Shown: piece by piece, positions 22,901 through 37,593 of the stretch
How the letters are laid out: each line of letters starts with the position of its first letter
How positions within the stretch are numbered: position 1 is the first letter of the stretch
Origin: Utricularia gibba
Lineage: Eukaryota > Plantae > Magnoliophyta
Direction of reading: 5' to 3'
Length of the DNA: 64,000 nucleotides
Assembly: GCA_002189035.1 (NCBI GenBank)
Contig: NEEC01000013.1
Span: 2,852,001-2,916,000 of the forward strand
Made by a program: the position numbers and the translations under genes
The notes under the pieces: model-generated
Told to the model about the DNA's origin: nothing
The model's input: the letters and a program-made list of their open reading frames with translations, nothing else
Databases searched by the model: none

Positions 22901-25164
22901 CTAGCACCCGGGATAAGTTTTTTAATGCAAAGGAAGGTGGCAACCCATTGAGTCCTTCAACACCTTTTATGATACCCACAAGTTCTGGTACACCATCCGC
23001 TGGGATCTCATATAATGCCACAGAAATGACCAATGTTTCTCAAAAGCCCAGATCAGTGGCCCGCTCCTTATTTAGTACTGAATCTGAGAGATCAAGCAAT
23101 GGTACTGGGGAGAAAATGAACCTAGAAAATGCAAGTGTTGTCAATGAATATGTTCATGGTAACGGGCTGTTCTTTGAAGACAGACGCAGTTCAGCCTCTG
23201 AGAATCAAGGCAACATTATGGTTTGTGCATGTGGCCTGGACTTTTCATTTTCAATTTTCAACTTCCTTGCTGTATTCCACATTCTATTTTTCCCTTTGCT
23301 AACCTGACGCTCATAACAGGAAATGATTAAAGAAACTATGGAACGAGCCTTTTGGGATGGAATCATTGAATCAATTAGACAAGACGAGCCTGACTACAGC
23401 CGTGTTGTGGGATTGATGAGGGAGGTAAGGGATGGAATATGTGCAGTAGCTCCACAGAGCTGGAGAGATGAGATAAACGAAGCTATTGATGTGGAGATTC
23501 TCACACAGGTTCCTACAGAGTACATCTTTTCCTGTTTCACAAGCTCTAAATTCGCATTTCTATGATATTTAAGCTTTCCATTTGGGCCAGGTGCTGAATT
23601 CAGGGAGTTTAGATGTTGCGTATCTTGGAAATATACTTGAATTTTCGCTGAGAACTCTGCGAAAGCTTTCGGCCCCAGCTGTTGAGCCTGAGCTGATCAA
23701 AAAACACCAGCAGTTCATGGAACAACTCTCAGATGCATTTGCACAAGACAAATTTGATGACGCACGAATAATTGCTTTAGTGAAGGGGTTGCGTTATGTT
23801 CTAGCAGGATTACAGGTTCAAATCCCTGTTCTCATCCTTGCCACAATGCAGAGATTTGTGCTAGTGTTTCTTGATATATTTCCTTTAGTACAAATGAAAA
23901 TAAGGGCTTGGAAGTCGTAATTTTATATTCATGGATTATTTTTTGTGATGCGGGTTGATTTTTTCTGACTGCGAGATTGTCCTGTACAGGACCTTAACCA
24001 AGAAATAAGCAAAGCAAGGATCAGGATGCTGGAACCTGTCCTGAGGGGTCCTGAGGCTCTATATTTTTTGGAAAAAGCTTTCACCCATGTTTATGGGCAC
24101 CCCTTCAACGACTCAACTTCTTTGCCACTGACTGCCAAGTGGCTTTCATCAGCTCAAAATATTAAAGATGAGGAATGGAATGATCATAAACGTTTGCTTT
24201 CAGAATCTTCTAGGAGCTCTAATACTTTCAGCTTTCTTCCTTTGACAACCCTGCGCACAGGCGGGCGTGCATTAGCCAAAGACCAAGCTGATGCACCATC
24301 ATCTTCAAATGCTACAACTTATATTGGTTGGTTATATTTAACGAATTTGTACTTCTGTACAATAGTCTTCACAAGCTGATTCAGAATACTTATGTTTTGC
24401 GCCTTGAATCATCTTCAGAGAACATTGATCCCTGTCTTGAATGCAAGGGAGAGGAGGTGGATCTCGCAGTTAGACTTGGCTTGTTGAAGCTGGTTACCAA
24501 GATTACTGGTTTGACTGAAGTTGATCTACCGGAGACCATGCTTCTGAACGTCCACAGGTTAAGAAGCCTGCAGTCCCAAGTGCAGAGAATTGTCGTTGTT
24601 GCGACAAGGTAAGTTCAAGTTTCAGGAATGCGTGCCTCTTGATGATGTTGCGCTTTCAGATGTGCACTGACGATGGAATTCAATACATCATGCAGCTTGT
24701 TAATCCTGAGACAAACTCTGCTGAGTCAGAGAATCGCAAGTAGCCAAGCCCAGATGAGCGACATACTGATGTCAAGCTACAAAAGTCTCTCCAACTGCCT
24801 CGATTCGACCCCCAATGCCGGCATCCCAGAGATCATCCATGCACTCGTACAGGCCAGTGAAAACTCCGTCAACCTCCAGCCAACGAAGGAGATAATGGGA
24901 AGAGTCCTGAGCAAAAGCCTGCAAGAAGATGATGCTGTCTTCACCCGCGTCTTCCGTGCCGTTTATCTGTCGTTCAGAGGAGTCGTGCTTGGTGGAACAG
25001 GGACTAATGGAAAAGCATTAGCAGACGCTGCGTTGCAGAGCGTCGGGGCATCTCTGCTCGTCGACGATGTGGTGGCGGCAGCATCAACCTTGGTGGTGGC
25101 CGCCAAGGTCTCCGTCATTGTCCACGGGCCCTGGTACAAGACTCTGATGGAGCAAAAGCAGTGA
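19955..25164 (+). CDS. T-complex protein 11 (TCP11) family protein, multi-exon
   Basis: [15 protein letters not shown] start, [58 protein letters not shown]-terminus; GT-AG junctions consistent where checked. Confidence 0.9.
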
Positions 25165-25745
25165 ATGTGAAAGAACTACTGTGAATAGAATCGGTCAAAT
25201 GTACATAGGAATACCATAAGTGATCGAGAGCTCATGGGGTGGATGTGATCGCCCATGGCCGTGGATTTGTAAGATACTGTAAGAACCCAAAGCTCGTGTC
25301 GGATTCCTTGTGCGTGCTGTAATGGAACACCGGAACCGTTCACGTATCTGATATGCAGGCAGTGATTAATGATCTTTGTTAGTTGAATAAATCCGTTCTT
25401 AAAGGATGCTTATGTATATCTGGAGAGGGGAAGAGGGTGATTAGTCAGGGGATTATCGAATCATTCCTGTGATTAGCATCTGATTATCTCTGGTCAAGCC
25501 CCATGGTTTGACACTAAACGCTACGATTCTTCCGCTAGTCAACGAAGAAGAAAGTATAAAAAGAACTACACAATTCTGCTCTCCACCTACACGTTTTCCA
25601 TGCCTTTAAGGCTCCGGATCAGGAGCGCAGCGGAGTGTTGAAAGGCGGAGGCGACAACTTCAAGGGGTTACGGGGAAACCGAAGCCCACGCCTGTAAAGC
25701 TTCATATCGTTGATTCGTCTTGGTATAGTTTGGCTAAAGATTGAA

Positions 25746-28700
25746 ATGGGTTGCTGCGGTAGGTTGAAGATGACGGCTTTTTTGGGTTTTTTTATGCTGA
25801 TCAGTAGTGCTGTGTTGGTTATGGGTCGGTTTGTGGTAGAGAAGAATAGTTTGAGGGTGACTTCGCCTGAAAGCATTAAGGGGATTCATGATAGTGCCAT
25901 TGGGAACTTTGGGATCCCGCAGTACGGAGGAACCATGGCCGGAGCGGTGGCGTACCCAAAGAGTAAAAGGAAGGGGTGTAATAGTTTTGAGGATTCTGGG
26001 ATTTCCTTCAAGGCTAAGCCTGGAGCTATGCCTAGTTTTGTTCTTCTGGATCGTGGAGGTAGAGATTTTCCCCCCTTTTTCTTTTTCCAGAGAGTAGCTT
26101 TTCGGTGATTTTTTCGCATGGAAGGTGGATTTTGGTTGCAAATCCTTACCTTACTCAAGATGCTATAGGAAACATGGGAATCCACTTAGGCTTCTCTCTT
26201 TTAATTATGGTTTCTTATTCAAGTGTGTAACAATATTTCAGTTTACTTGCCAATTGACCACTTTGAGTAGTCTAAAATTTGCATAAAGTGATTTTCTTTT
26301 GCTGATAATTATGTACCAAGGATGTATCTTTAAATGCTTATATTGTTTCTTTTATAAGTGAACTCAACTGCCCACTTCCAAATTTCCAAATTGAACGCTT
26401 TCTTGTTCCTCTGCAGATTGTTTTTTTGCTTTAAAGGTTTGGAATGCTCAAAATGCTGGTGCGGCTGCAGTCCTTGTAGCTGATGACCTTGATGAAGCTC
26501 TGATCACAATGGACACACCAGAAGAAGATGCTGCTTCTGCAAAATATATTGCAAACATAACCATTCCATCTGCGTTGGTTACAAAAAGCTTTGGTGAGAA
26601 GTTAAAGAAAGCACTTAGCGATGGGGAGATGGTGAATGTAAATCTTGACTGGAGAGAAAGTGTTCCTCACCCTGATGACAGAGTAGAATATGAACTGTGG
26701 ACTAACAGCAATGATGAATGCGGTGTGAAGTGTGATATGTTGATGTCATTTGTAAAAGATTTTAAGGGTGCTGCTCAAATTCTCGAGAAGGGCGGTTATA
26801 CGCAGTTTGTCCCTCATTACATTACCTGGTATTGCCCTCAGGCATTTACAGTGAGCAAACAATGCAAGTCACAGTGCATCAACCATGGGCGCTACTGTGC
26901 TCCTGATCCTGAACAAGATTTCAGTACTGGATATGAAGGTAAGGACGTGGTCCTAGAAAACTTGAGACAACTTTGTGTGTTCAAGGTGGCCAATGAGTCC
27001 AACAAGCCATGGATTTGGTGGGACTATGTCACTGATTTCCAAATCAGATGCCCAATGAAGGAGAAGAAATATAACAAGGATTGTGCAGAGTCTGTTATCA
27101 GATCATTAGGTAATCATTCTTCAGGGTTGCTGTAAAAGAGTATGCCAACTATTTTACACCACTGCAGTTTCTGTGCACCTTATTTCAAAATCATATACTG
27201 ATGCTATTCACTTGTTAGACCTTGACCTGAAAAAGATAGACAAATGCATGGGTGACCCTGAGGCTGATGCAGACAACCCTCTTTTGAAGGAAGAGCAGGA
27301 CGCACAGGTGAGACTTATTTATCTTAATGATTTCTGTGTGTGATTATTGGGTATTTACATATTCTGTTTTCTGTGGTGCATTTCACAGATTGGAAAAGGA
27401 TCACGGGGAGATGTTACCATATTACCTACCCTTGTTGTGAACAACCGACAATATCGAGGTTTGCCTACTGAATTATAAATTTTACTGGTGACTGGTATAT
27501 TGGTATCTTTATACTGTGTTCTGGTTTTGTAGGGAAATTAGAGAAGGGTGCAGTCTTGAAGGCTCTCTGTAGTGGTTTTGAAGAAACTACAGAACCTCCT
27601 GTTTGTTTAAGTGATGGTATACGAAAAAAAGACTCGTACTTTATCCTTCTGGACTCGAATCAATCATTTGGTCAAAATATAATCCTTGTTCCTTTTCAAT
27701 ACTGCAGATGTGGAAACAAATGAATGCTTGGTAAATAATGGAGGTTGCTGGCAAGAAAAGAAAGCTAATATTACAGCGTGCAAGGTGATCCTTTTGTGTA
27801 TTTCTACTGTTGGTTTTACGTCTACTATATTTTCGGCCTTTGACGTCCTGAATGTTCCATTCAGGATACCTTCAGAGGAAGAGTTTGTGAATGCCCTCTT
27901 GTTAATGGTGTGAAGTTCAAGGGAGATGGCTACAGCTCTTGCGTTGGTATGTCAGTGCGTGATGACGTGGTCGTTGTATTACATTGCTTAGCTCATCCCT
28001 TCTATTGACTACTCAACATACAAATCTTTTCATTTCAGCAAGCGGTCCAGGAAGATGCACAATCGGTCACGGGGGCTGTTGGCATCAAAACAAGAATGGA
28101 ATCACCTTTTCTGCTTGCATGGTTACTGAATTCTGTTCTCTCTCTTTCCCTTGATGGCTCCTGAAGTTAATTTATGGATCAAATGAGAATCTTATTTCGA
28201 GGTGCATCATCAACAGGATAATGAGGATGGCAAGTGTGTTTGCCCTGATGGATTTAAAGGCGATGGTGTCAAGAGTTGTGAAGGTATGCAGTTCTTCAAG
28301 TTCCTTTTGACACCTTAGACCAAGAAGTTGGATTTCATGTCAAGAATGCCACAGATCTTTATCTTCTTTCCTTGAAACTGTTGTGGCCACCAGACTGCTA
28401 TCTGTTTCCATGACAGAAACGCAGCAACTCTAGGATTTAACCATTCTTCATCCACTGTACAGACATTGACGAATGCAAGGAGAAGAAGGCATGCCAGTGT
28501 TCAGGTTGCAGATGCAGGAATACATGGGGCAGCTACAACTGCAGTTGCAACGGAGACTTGTTGTACATCTGGGAGCATGATACCTGCATAAGTCAGCTCA
28601 TTCTCCTGCATATACTGTTCGATGTTTTCCTGCTCGAGAAATATCTCACTCTTGTTCTTATTGTACACAGGCAGAAGCGCTGCCACAAGAGCCAAGTCTG

Positions 28701-28976
28701 CGTGGACAGCCTTTTGGGTTATTGTACTTGGTCTCGCCATCGCTGCTGCTGGAGCATATCTCATCTACAAATACAGAATCAGGGTTCGTTACTCTGGCCT
28801 TCAACTCTATCTGGTTAGCTGAAAACTCTCTATTTCCATGAGCTCCTGCTGAATGTCTACCCCTCTTCTTCATCCAGTCGTACATGGATTCGGAGATACG
28901 TGCAATCATGGCGCAGTATATGCCCCTTGACAGCCAAGTGGAAATCCAACATCACAGAAGCGAAGATCATGCCTGA
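25746..28976 (+). CDS. VSR3/4-like: Vacuolar sorting receptor (PA domain, EGF repeats, TM, YMPL motif), multi-exon
   Basis: [47 protein letters not shown] exons, tail [19 protein letters not shown]; stop 28974-28976. Confidence 0.93.
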
Positions 28977-29408
28977 GGAAAGAGCTCTTCTCCCTCCATC
29001 TGCTTTCAGACCAGAGACAGAAGAACTTAATTGTTCTGTGTTGCTTGGTCTTTTAAAGCATATCTGAATTGAACTGAAGCATGTAAACTGAGTGTAGTTG
29101 CAGAATCTTGTTCATTTGTGAATGTCACTATATTGCATTTTCACCCTTTGTGTACTGATAAGTAAGAAAGTAATCATCACCCTCATATCAACTTCTTGCA
29201 AAGAAAGATCATGCAGACATCACAGGCTGCTTGCTTGCCTCAACCATATCTCCGATGTTGCTAAGACAATGCCATGCGATTCTATACAGAACTTTCGATC
29301 GTAAGCTTGAAAGGCAGATGATTTCTAAGACACATGATGATTAAAGGAGTGAATTCTAACACTATCCTTGGCAATATCACATCAACCGTATTTTAAGTAC
29401 GAGAACGT

Positions 29409-31937
29409 TTATCTGAATCCAGAAGGTGCAGCCTTCGGCCCAACTCCACCGGCTGCTTTCCTCATAGCTCTTGATTTGGCCATCAGCTCGTCATAGTTCT
29501 GATAAGCAATCAGATGTCACACAGAGTAGACATATCTAGACGGCAAGTATATGTAAATGTCTTATTACCCGTTTCTCGAATGTCTCATCCTGAGAATCGA
29601 TGATCTTGTCGGCTACACCATACTCAATGGCCTCCTGTGCCTGCAAGTACTTGGGACGTTGTATGTCCTTCTCAAGTTCTTCCTTTGGTTTTCCGGTCCC
29701 TTTGGCAAGGAGTTCAATGTAGTATTCAGTGTTGGCATCGAGTTCTTTGGCCTGTGGACAAGAAACAACACAGTTGCTCACAACAACAGGTCATTCACGT
29801 CTGATGTTGCCATCATGAGTGAATACGATAAGAAAACATGTATGCTCTCTACTTGTTCGTACAGAGAGGGATTAACAACCTTAATCCACATGTCAATGAC
29901 AGCTCCAGTTGATCTGTTGACCTTTGGAAGGTAAAGTTTGGCTGCAGTACAAGAGGTAAGAAATTTGGAATATGCATCAAAGTCACTTGACGAATTCTAA
30001 ATCTTGCACTGCATATCTAAACAAACGGATTAGAATACCAAGACGCTTTTTGAAGCATGATAAAGAATATTTATCCATAGCGCTTTTTCATGCTCAAAAC
30101 AAGCTCTTAATATCTTCATATAACCGACAGGAACACCAAGTACGCTATCAGCTATATAGGAACAACTAAGGTCTTGGAAAAATGGTTCATGGCTCCTAGG
30201 AAACTTGGAGCAAGAGGGAGCAACTAACAGAAAATTCCTTGTTTCTAGCACACATGAAGGAGTGTGGGTAATCATTCAAGGGAATAGGAGGAAGATAAGA
30301 GATGGAACGTAGAGGGAAGTACTGAGGAGTGAGAACTGTGGGGTAAAAAAAAGATCCCAAGTTACTCATGATATCAATCAGGTTAAACCGAGCATCATTC
30401 CACAATAACAAGAAAAGCTAGGGTTAAGACAATGATTTGGATCTTACTGGACGAGTTGGGCTGGACTCCACGATGGCCTCGAGCTCCAAGAGCCAGAAGC
30501 ATAGCTGCTTGACCATATGCCATTCCGCAATTCACCGTATAAACATCTGCTTTGCAATACTGTTGATAAAAAGAACCAAACTAACGTATTAACCATCATT
30601 AAGGGCATAATATCCCAGCAAATAACTCTTCCACAAGAAGAATTTTTATGACCCTGGGTGGTTATATGCAGAAGCCTAAGACAAATGGATGGAATCAGGA
30701 GCTTACAGACATCATGTCGGCAATGGCATAGGCCTCAGTTTCGGATCCAACATTCTCCTTTTTTTCATTCTATGAGAATACCAAGGATGTAAACGCGTTA
30801 GTCATCACAGAAGTTATCCTAAATTTACATATGATTCCATTGTGTAACGATGTGCGGCTTGTTACCTGTGTACCAGATGAGTTGATGTACAGATAAATTG
30901 GCTTAGAGGGGTCATCAAAATCCAACCACATAAACTGAGCAACGAGAAGCTCGGTCACAGCAGGCACAATCTACAGGAAACAGGAACAAGATAACAGATA
31001 TCATAAGATGAAACAGAATAAGGGGTTGCAATCCTTGTACTGGAATGAAAAATCTTCCTTACAGGCATTCCCAGATAGACAATTCGGGCATCCAAAAGCA
31101 ATGAAGGCAAATCAGGGGGAGCAGTTCTAGGCCTTCCCCCTCCTCTACCTCCTCCACGGTACATACTGACACTCATGCTATATTTAGAAGGCCCTCTATC
31201 ACTCGTTCCAGAAAGAGACCACATTCCACCATTAGATATATAATTGTTTGCAGATGAAATGCTTTCCTGAAGTAAAGAAAGCAACTCGTGTCATGACTCA
31301 CGATGAAAGAACAATACAGTGCCAGGTTAGTTGGCGTTTGTAAGTGACCAATAGCACTAAAAAATGAGCAAAACCATCGGAGGCACTAGAAACTGCACAA
31401 CTTAGGAAATACCTCTGTGACTTTTTCAGCCTGTCGGCGAACAGGGTTGTCCTCCGTCATGAACATATCCATCTGTGAAGGTGAAAGGCCATACAAATAC
31501 TGAGGCGCATTTCTATAATTTTCCATCACTGCAAAAGTTTTGCGACAGTATCATTAGAAGAAAAACAGCAGAACCATTCATGAATCCACGCCCTACATAG
31601 TTCAAGAATAGAATACTGAAAAGGGTGCACATGATCGTCCAGACAGAAATAATAAGCCTTTTTGAGGCTCAAAGAAGAAAGAAGGAAACTGCGAACTCTG
31701 TTACTCACGCCCATCTTTGAGATTTTCTTCCCGGAACTGTTTAGGGATGTGGTCGAAGGATTTTCCGGCCACAGGGGACTTGAAGGCACTTCTACGTGGC
31801 GTAATTTTTCTGGGTTTGGATATCGAAAACCTGGGGACAAACAGTGAAGAATTCTCCAAAAATATGCCACGACTTTCCACGGATGAAGCCGAGACAGGCG
31901 AGAGCAAAAGCAAGGAAGAAGCAGCAGCAGCAGCCAT
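29409..31937 (-). CDS. CLPR1: Plastid Clp protease non-catalytic subunit ClpR1, multi-exon
   Basis: Transit peptide, then SFDHIPKQFREENLKDG; PRTAPPDLPSLLLDARIVYLGMP; VTELLVAQFMWLD; end KAAPSGFR* (29409-29411). Confidence 0.93.
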
Positions 31938-32077
31938 GGGAAATTCAGATTACAGCATCAACCACCCGATTTCCGGACTGAAAATCCTCCAGAATTTTTC
32001 AGAAACAAAGAAATGTAAGGGGCCAAAATCCTTACACGTCCCATCCATGAGGCTTTTTTCTATTGAGCCTCCAGTCT

Positions 32078-32125
32078 ATCGCCCTATTGGGCCTCTTTTC
32101 TACTGCTAATATATATTGGGCCATA
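32078..32125. promoter_or_regulatory. Site II (TGGGCY) elements in the bidirectional promoter of CLPR1 and the ADA1-like relic
   Basis: TGGGCC at about 32088 and 32117, between divergently oriented genes. Confidence 0.5.
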
Positions 32126-32632
32126 AAACGATCCTAGTTGCTGTTGTCAATTTGCTTACTATTGTACATTGAGAAGCGGCGAGTCGGGTGGTAATAAAAT
32201 ACTACATGAATTCATATAACTAGACACCTGAGTGGTGGGAGCATCAAGGCTGGGGTTTTGTGGGAAAACACGAATTACAGCATTCTGCCTGCGCTTGGCG
32301 TTCCTCATCTTCAAAATCAGATCAATTTTGAATTCTCCTACCCCATCCCCCTACTCCGCTTACTGGGTTTTTCTTTTCTTCTTGATGATCGGAGTCCACC
32401 TGGGGATGTGTCTAATGCGACCGGTCTGCTGTTTTACCAGTTTAGCAGTTGGTGGGGTTGAGTTCTTACCAGTGATGCGAAACTTGAATGCTCTTCACTG
32501 TAGTGTTCCTGATTGCTGCTGCTTAGTTGGGGAATCGTGTCTTTATGGACTTGACCCGTAGATCCTGATGTCGGTGGTGTCATTTTGAACCCCCTGAACT
32601 GTGCAGTTGCTTTGATCTGGTATCTGGCTGCA

Positions 32633-32860
32633 ATGGTGGCGAGTCATGATTTTACTGGAATCGACACACAGGAGCTGAAAGATCTCATATTTCAAAGCAT
32701 TGGGGGCTAAGGAGCTGATAGGTATTTCCAGCAGCTAAAGAGCTTTCTGGGGTGTAAGCTTAGCAAGGCTCACTTCGACAAAAGCTGTTTGCAGACGCTC
32801 GGTAGAGAGCTTATCCCTCTCCATAATCGTCTTCTTCGTGCCATTTTCAGTCTCTTTATG
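32633..32860 (+). pseudogene. ADA1/Tad1 (SAGA transcriptional adaptor 1) family relic with a premature stop
   Basis: MVASHDFTGIDTQELKDLIFQSIGG*GADRYFQQLKSFLGCKLSKAHFDKSCLQTLGRELIPLHNRLLRAIF matches the plant SAGA-Tad1 N-terminal domain. In-frame TAA at 32708-32710; similarity is lost after about 32860. Confidence 0.8.
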
Positions 32861-33529
32861 GCGATGGTAACCGTTGCCAATGGATGGCAACCGGAAATTC
32901 TCAAGGGGATGCAACCTCAGCTAAGTCACATGAGCATGCCCGACTTTCAAGTCACAATGGAGATGGACCATTTTGTGCTCAAGGGGACATTGGCCTTCAT
33001 ATCTCCATCGCTCGTTTCATTGACACAAGTAACAAGAACGGGCAGAGATAGTATACTGGAAGCATCAGTTTCAAGAGTGCCACCGATTTGTTTCGGTACA
33101 AATCGTGTGATAGTTACCAAGAGTGGGAGCTATCATCCCCTCCTTTGTGTATTAATATTTTTCCATGTATTCTGGAATAAAAGCATCGTGTTTTTCCAGT
33201 CCCCCGTGTTCTTTATTTCAGTGAATGGGCAAATTGTCCAGAGTTGGGAATTTGCCCACCGAGTTGTCTGAAATGTTAGATCTTCTCTTTGCAGAATCAA
33301 AACAGCAACTTTCAGACAAAAAATGTTTATCTTAGGTTTGCGAGAGTACGAATAGATAGGTAGAACTACAGATACCTACTAAGCAAGTTTCCAGCTTTCG
33401 AACGCAGCATATATTCACATGATCAAAACTGAGGATGGAATGCATGAGAGACCAGGATGCTAAGAATCCAGACGAGAAAGAACATGGCATTTCATTCAGT
33501 CAACAACCTAAAAGAGTGAAAGCAGCCGC

Positions 33530-34140
33530 TTACTTGAGGAAATGGGGACTTATCAGACCAGCAATCTCGAGAAACCCGACTCGATCCCTTCCATCGAATA
33601 TCTTCTTCAGCTTCTCATCGCAGATTATGATCTTCTTATCTGTAGGATCCTGCAAACATTTTGTGTTAATACTTGAGCATATTCTGCAAAAGCTTACGTG
33701 ACTTATTGGCAAGATTTTCATGAAACTACACCCGGAATACTAAAAGGGCGACTAAACTGGACACTTAGGGTTCGCCGGCGTTCATATACCTGGAGATTGT
33801 GCTGCTTAATATACGCCCATATCTCTTTGAGAGCCTTAGTTCGAGGAATCTCAGCCACGCCCCCGAGGAAATCCCGCATCTCCTGCGAGACCCGGCGGGG
33901 CTTCATTATCCCCCTCGGCTCCCGAGTCTTCGTCTGTGTAGCCGGCTCCGATTCGGCAAGAATCCTCGCGCTGCGTATGCGTACTGAACTGAGTTTGGCG
34001 GGTCCCATCTTAACGACGGAGGAATACGAACCCGTCAACTTCGCCGCTGTGCCAATAGCGAAGCTAGGGAACACGTTCAAGGACACCACCATTTTCGCCG
34101 CCGGGAGAAGACGAAACACTTCAGTGACGCTCGAATGCAT
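33530..34140 (-). CDS. SWIB/MDM2-domain protein (organellar nucleoid type), 2 exons
   Basis: PRGIMKPRRVSQEMRDFLGGVAEIPRTKALKEIWAYIKQHNLQ, intron 33650-33789, then DPTDKKIIICDEKLKKIF...LISPHFLK*. Start may be ATG 34140 or 34092. Confidence 0.9.
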
Positions 34141-34633
34141 TTTTTCCAACACTTGATAAGATAAGAATGCCGAGGCAGATCATAACATGGGCCGGGCTGT
34201 TAATCTGGGCTTGGCCCAGTAACATATTATTATCTAAATAATAATTTATTCTTAATAATATTGTAAGTAAAACATACATTTGGAAATTATCATCTTCCTC
34301 TGAAAACAGAGCTGTGGGTCATTGTAAATTGCTGGAAGATGAACCTCACCATGACACCTTTAGCTCATCTCCATTTTTAGAAATTCGCTGTTTTTTTTTT
34401 AACACTTTTACTTGTAGGTTTCCAAATATAAATAACCGCTTAAAGAACCATGTAACGCTTCTACAACTCAAGTTGAGACCACAGGTTCTGAAGAGCAACT
34501 CCTCTTGCCTACTGTTAACCCCCAAGAGTCTGAACAAATGTCTTGGTGAGCCAAGACTGTTCCTTCTCCCATCAATCCCCCGCCCTTCATAGCCTTTTGA
34601 CACGCCGGCGTCGTTTATCGGAGCAGGGAGCAA

Positions 34634-37126
34634 CTATACCGGTCGGCTGAAGTAGACGTTCAGGAAAAATCTCGATGGGTTGAAGCCTGTCAAGATAACT
34701 GCAGAACACCACAAAGATAAACATTTGCCCACTTCTGAGGGAACATGCACAAGTTCAGGTATGGTACGGAAATGGACTCACGTATGGGGAAAAGAACAAA
34801 GGAGACACCAATTGGATACAGAAGCAGGGTAGTCCTCTCCAGAAAGGGCAACACTGCAGCACAAAAGAAGCAATACTCTGATATACTGAACTGTATCTCC
34901 AACAACAAGATTAGTTGACGGTTATCAGAGGTTGCATGTTAGTCCCACAGTTAACTTTAAAGGAGGTGAAATAAGGAGACGGGACTCTGCCCATCATCGA
35001 GAAGCAAGCAGGTTCAAAAGTTTGCAACGGTTGAGGAAGAATGAATAGATGTACCCACAATCGGCATCACTAGGGTTCCATAATAGAAGAAGTAGAGATC
35101 AAAAAGAGCAGTGTGGAGTAGAGCTTACCATCGTAGCCTAAGAAATTCAAGTAATGATAGTAGATAGTGGCTGCCATGAAAAGTAAATTTGACAGGATGA
35201 CAGGAAGAAAGCCATGAGCCACAAGCAATGGTGATAGGAAATAATGGAGGACTGCACAGAAACAAAAGGATGTCAGCTCTATTGGGATCTGACCGCAACG
35301 TGGAGATATTCCAAAAAATCTTACCATAAAGTAGCACAAACACGGGGAAGAACGAGTTGCAATGCACATCAAAGGCATACAACCTACAAAAAAAGAATCA
35401 TTTGAGGTAAAAAAACACTAGACAAAAAATCCATTTATGACGGTTGAAGAAACTCGTGGTATTCTGTCTAAACACACAGGAAACAAATGTACGAACACCA
35501 AAGTACTATAAAAAGGGCTTGCCATTCTACATGTTGCTCGACTACATGGCTGTTAACGGTTTCCTCTCGAAGATAATTGTTACTGAAGAACCTGACAAAA
35601 AATCACAGGATCAACTGAGATTCCACGTGTTAGCAACTGGCGACATGATCATTCTCTACATGAAATCATTACTAGAGAAACATTTGCAAAGTTCCATTTC
35701 TTTTCTGTCATGCTAAATCAAATCCGGCATCATTCGTTTCTATAATTTGATCTTCAGACTTCAACTAAGCATTTCCGAGATCTAAAAGACTACTGTGAGG
35801 CATCCTTAAACTTGTTCTTACCAACAAAAAGTTGCCAATATCGCACCAGCCACCAAGAAATGGAAGATTAACACAGAAAATACTACAAAAACAGCATGAC
35901 CTGCGCTGTAATCGTACCTGAACAGAACCAGAGATAGCATAGTACAATGGAAATCAGCACGGTACACTCAAAAGTAAAAAAATACATTTCACGAAGAAAA
36001 TTACCACAGATGCCAATTTTATGTGATTCTAATCTACTTTAAAAATTCTAGAATATCTGAAAACAACTTACGCAGTGCAATAAGCAATTGTGGAAACAGA
36101 CAAAAGCAGACTACATATAACAACAAAAGCAGGATCATCACGAGCCCATTGATTTTTTGTTTCTGCACACACAAAATAAAAGCTGACGGTATTAGCAACA
36201 ACAACATACAAAACAAATGAATGGTATTGTATTCTTTTGAAATCATTCGGCAAGAGAAAATATAAATTCTTGTTGGACTACAAGAATTTATGCTTGAGTG
36301 GAAAGCAACAGAAACGAATTCCAGATAGGAAAGCAATCTTAACTCAGAAAAAGAGGATATTTGATTCGTGAGTGGGATTTACGTAATTTTCAAGTGTTCA
36401 AGTTGAAAGACTCACGCTTGTGATACTTGGTATGCTGGTATCTGTGGTCAGGACGACATGCAAGATTGGAGAAAATGCAATCAGAAACCAAAGAATACAA
36501 GCAAACTTTCACTTAACCACAAAAATGGTGAAATAAAATCATGAAGACCAACATTTTCACCTCTGTTAAGGATCATCAAAACACGAACCAACGGGATGAA
36601 AGAATTCATAATATGGTGCTGGGTGTGTTAGGACATATGGGGATAATCAATACAATGTTTTACAGAAGAAACTTAACAGGATACTCACACAACTTTTGGC
36701 GCTGAGCACAGGTGAAGCATTTGCCAGAACGTGTACTCAATGTCCATTTGCTGCCACTGCAATATCAAAATCCAGTCGCATCACTCAGACAAGATCCCAT
36801 TCTTTACCAGCTAGCTGCGAGCATCTAGTCCGACCCACTCCAAATTCAACACCAAGATTCACAGCACCAAATTAACTAAACCGCCTCTACTCCCACATCA
36901 GCGATTCAAAGGTTAAACAAAAGCATACACCAAAATAACGCAATGCGAAAGGAGGATCGAGATCCGATCTACAGTAATCGCAACAACGGAAATGCATGAC
37001 TGATTCACGCGGGAGATTAAGGCGAAGTGGAGATGGAAAAGAAACCTTGACTATTCTCCGGAGGTAATGAGGGAAGAAAGCGTTGGGCCGTGCAGGGCGG
37101 CCCTTTGAAGACGACGTCGGCAGCAT
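34634..37126 (-). CDS. UNC-50 family Golgi membrane protein, multi-exon
   Basis: MLPTSSSKGR..YLRRIVK/WQQMDIEYTFWQMLHLC, KNQWARDDPAFVVI, YAFDVHCNSFFP, final exon ILTGFNPSRFFLNVYFSRPV*. Confidence 0.92.
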
Positions 37127-37593
37127 CTTCGTCTCTTCCGTTCGATTCGCCTTCCGCCTGAGTGATTTCTCAGGTACTGCTGATTCGTCGCCTGGGTCAA
37201 GAAGACACTATCGAACAATTTTACAATTTTAATCACTCTACCTCTCCGTACTCAATTGAGAATATGTTTTCCTATTATTACGAAAACAAATATATTATTT
37301 TTAAAAATACCTATCAACTTTCTTTTATTTCAATACATTCCCCGTGTGCCGATTGCCATCTCTACAGGCTTCTTCGATGCACAAATCCGTATCACAACTA
37401 CTACAGACTGAAATTGAAATACTGAAACATGCTTCCAGAGTATTAACTAACTAAACTAACTACCCACCACGGCATGGAAAGTAGTAGTCAGTTGCTGCAG
37501 AATGCATTTGAGGAATGCTGCATGCTCTCGGGAACAAACAGTGATCATCTCCCTACTTTCCCCATCAGGCGTTGAGCACATTCCGGCCGATGC

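Noticed and set aside
32789-33271. 160-aa ORF as an independent gene
   Set aside because: It starts at a non-ATG codon in the frame of the ADA1 relic, after its premature stop.
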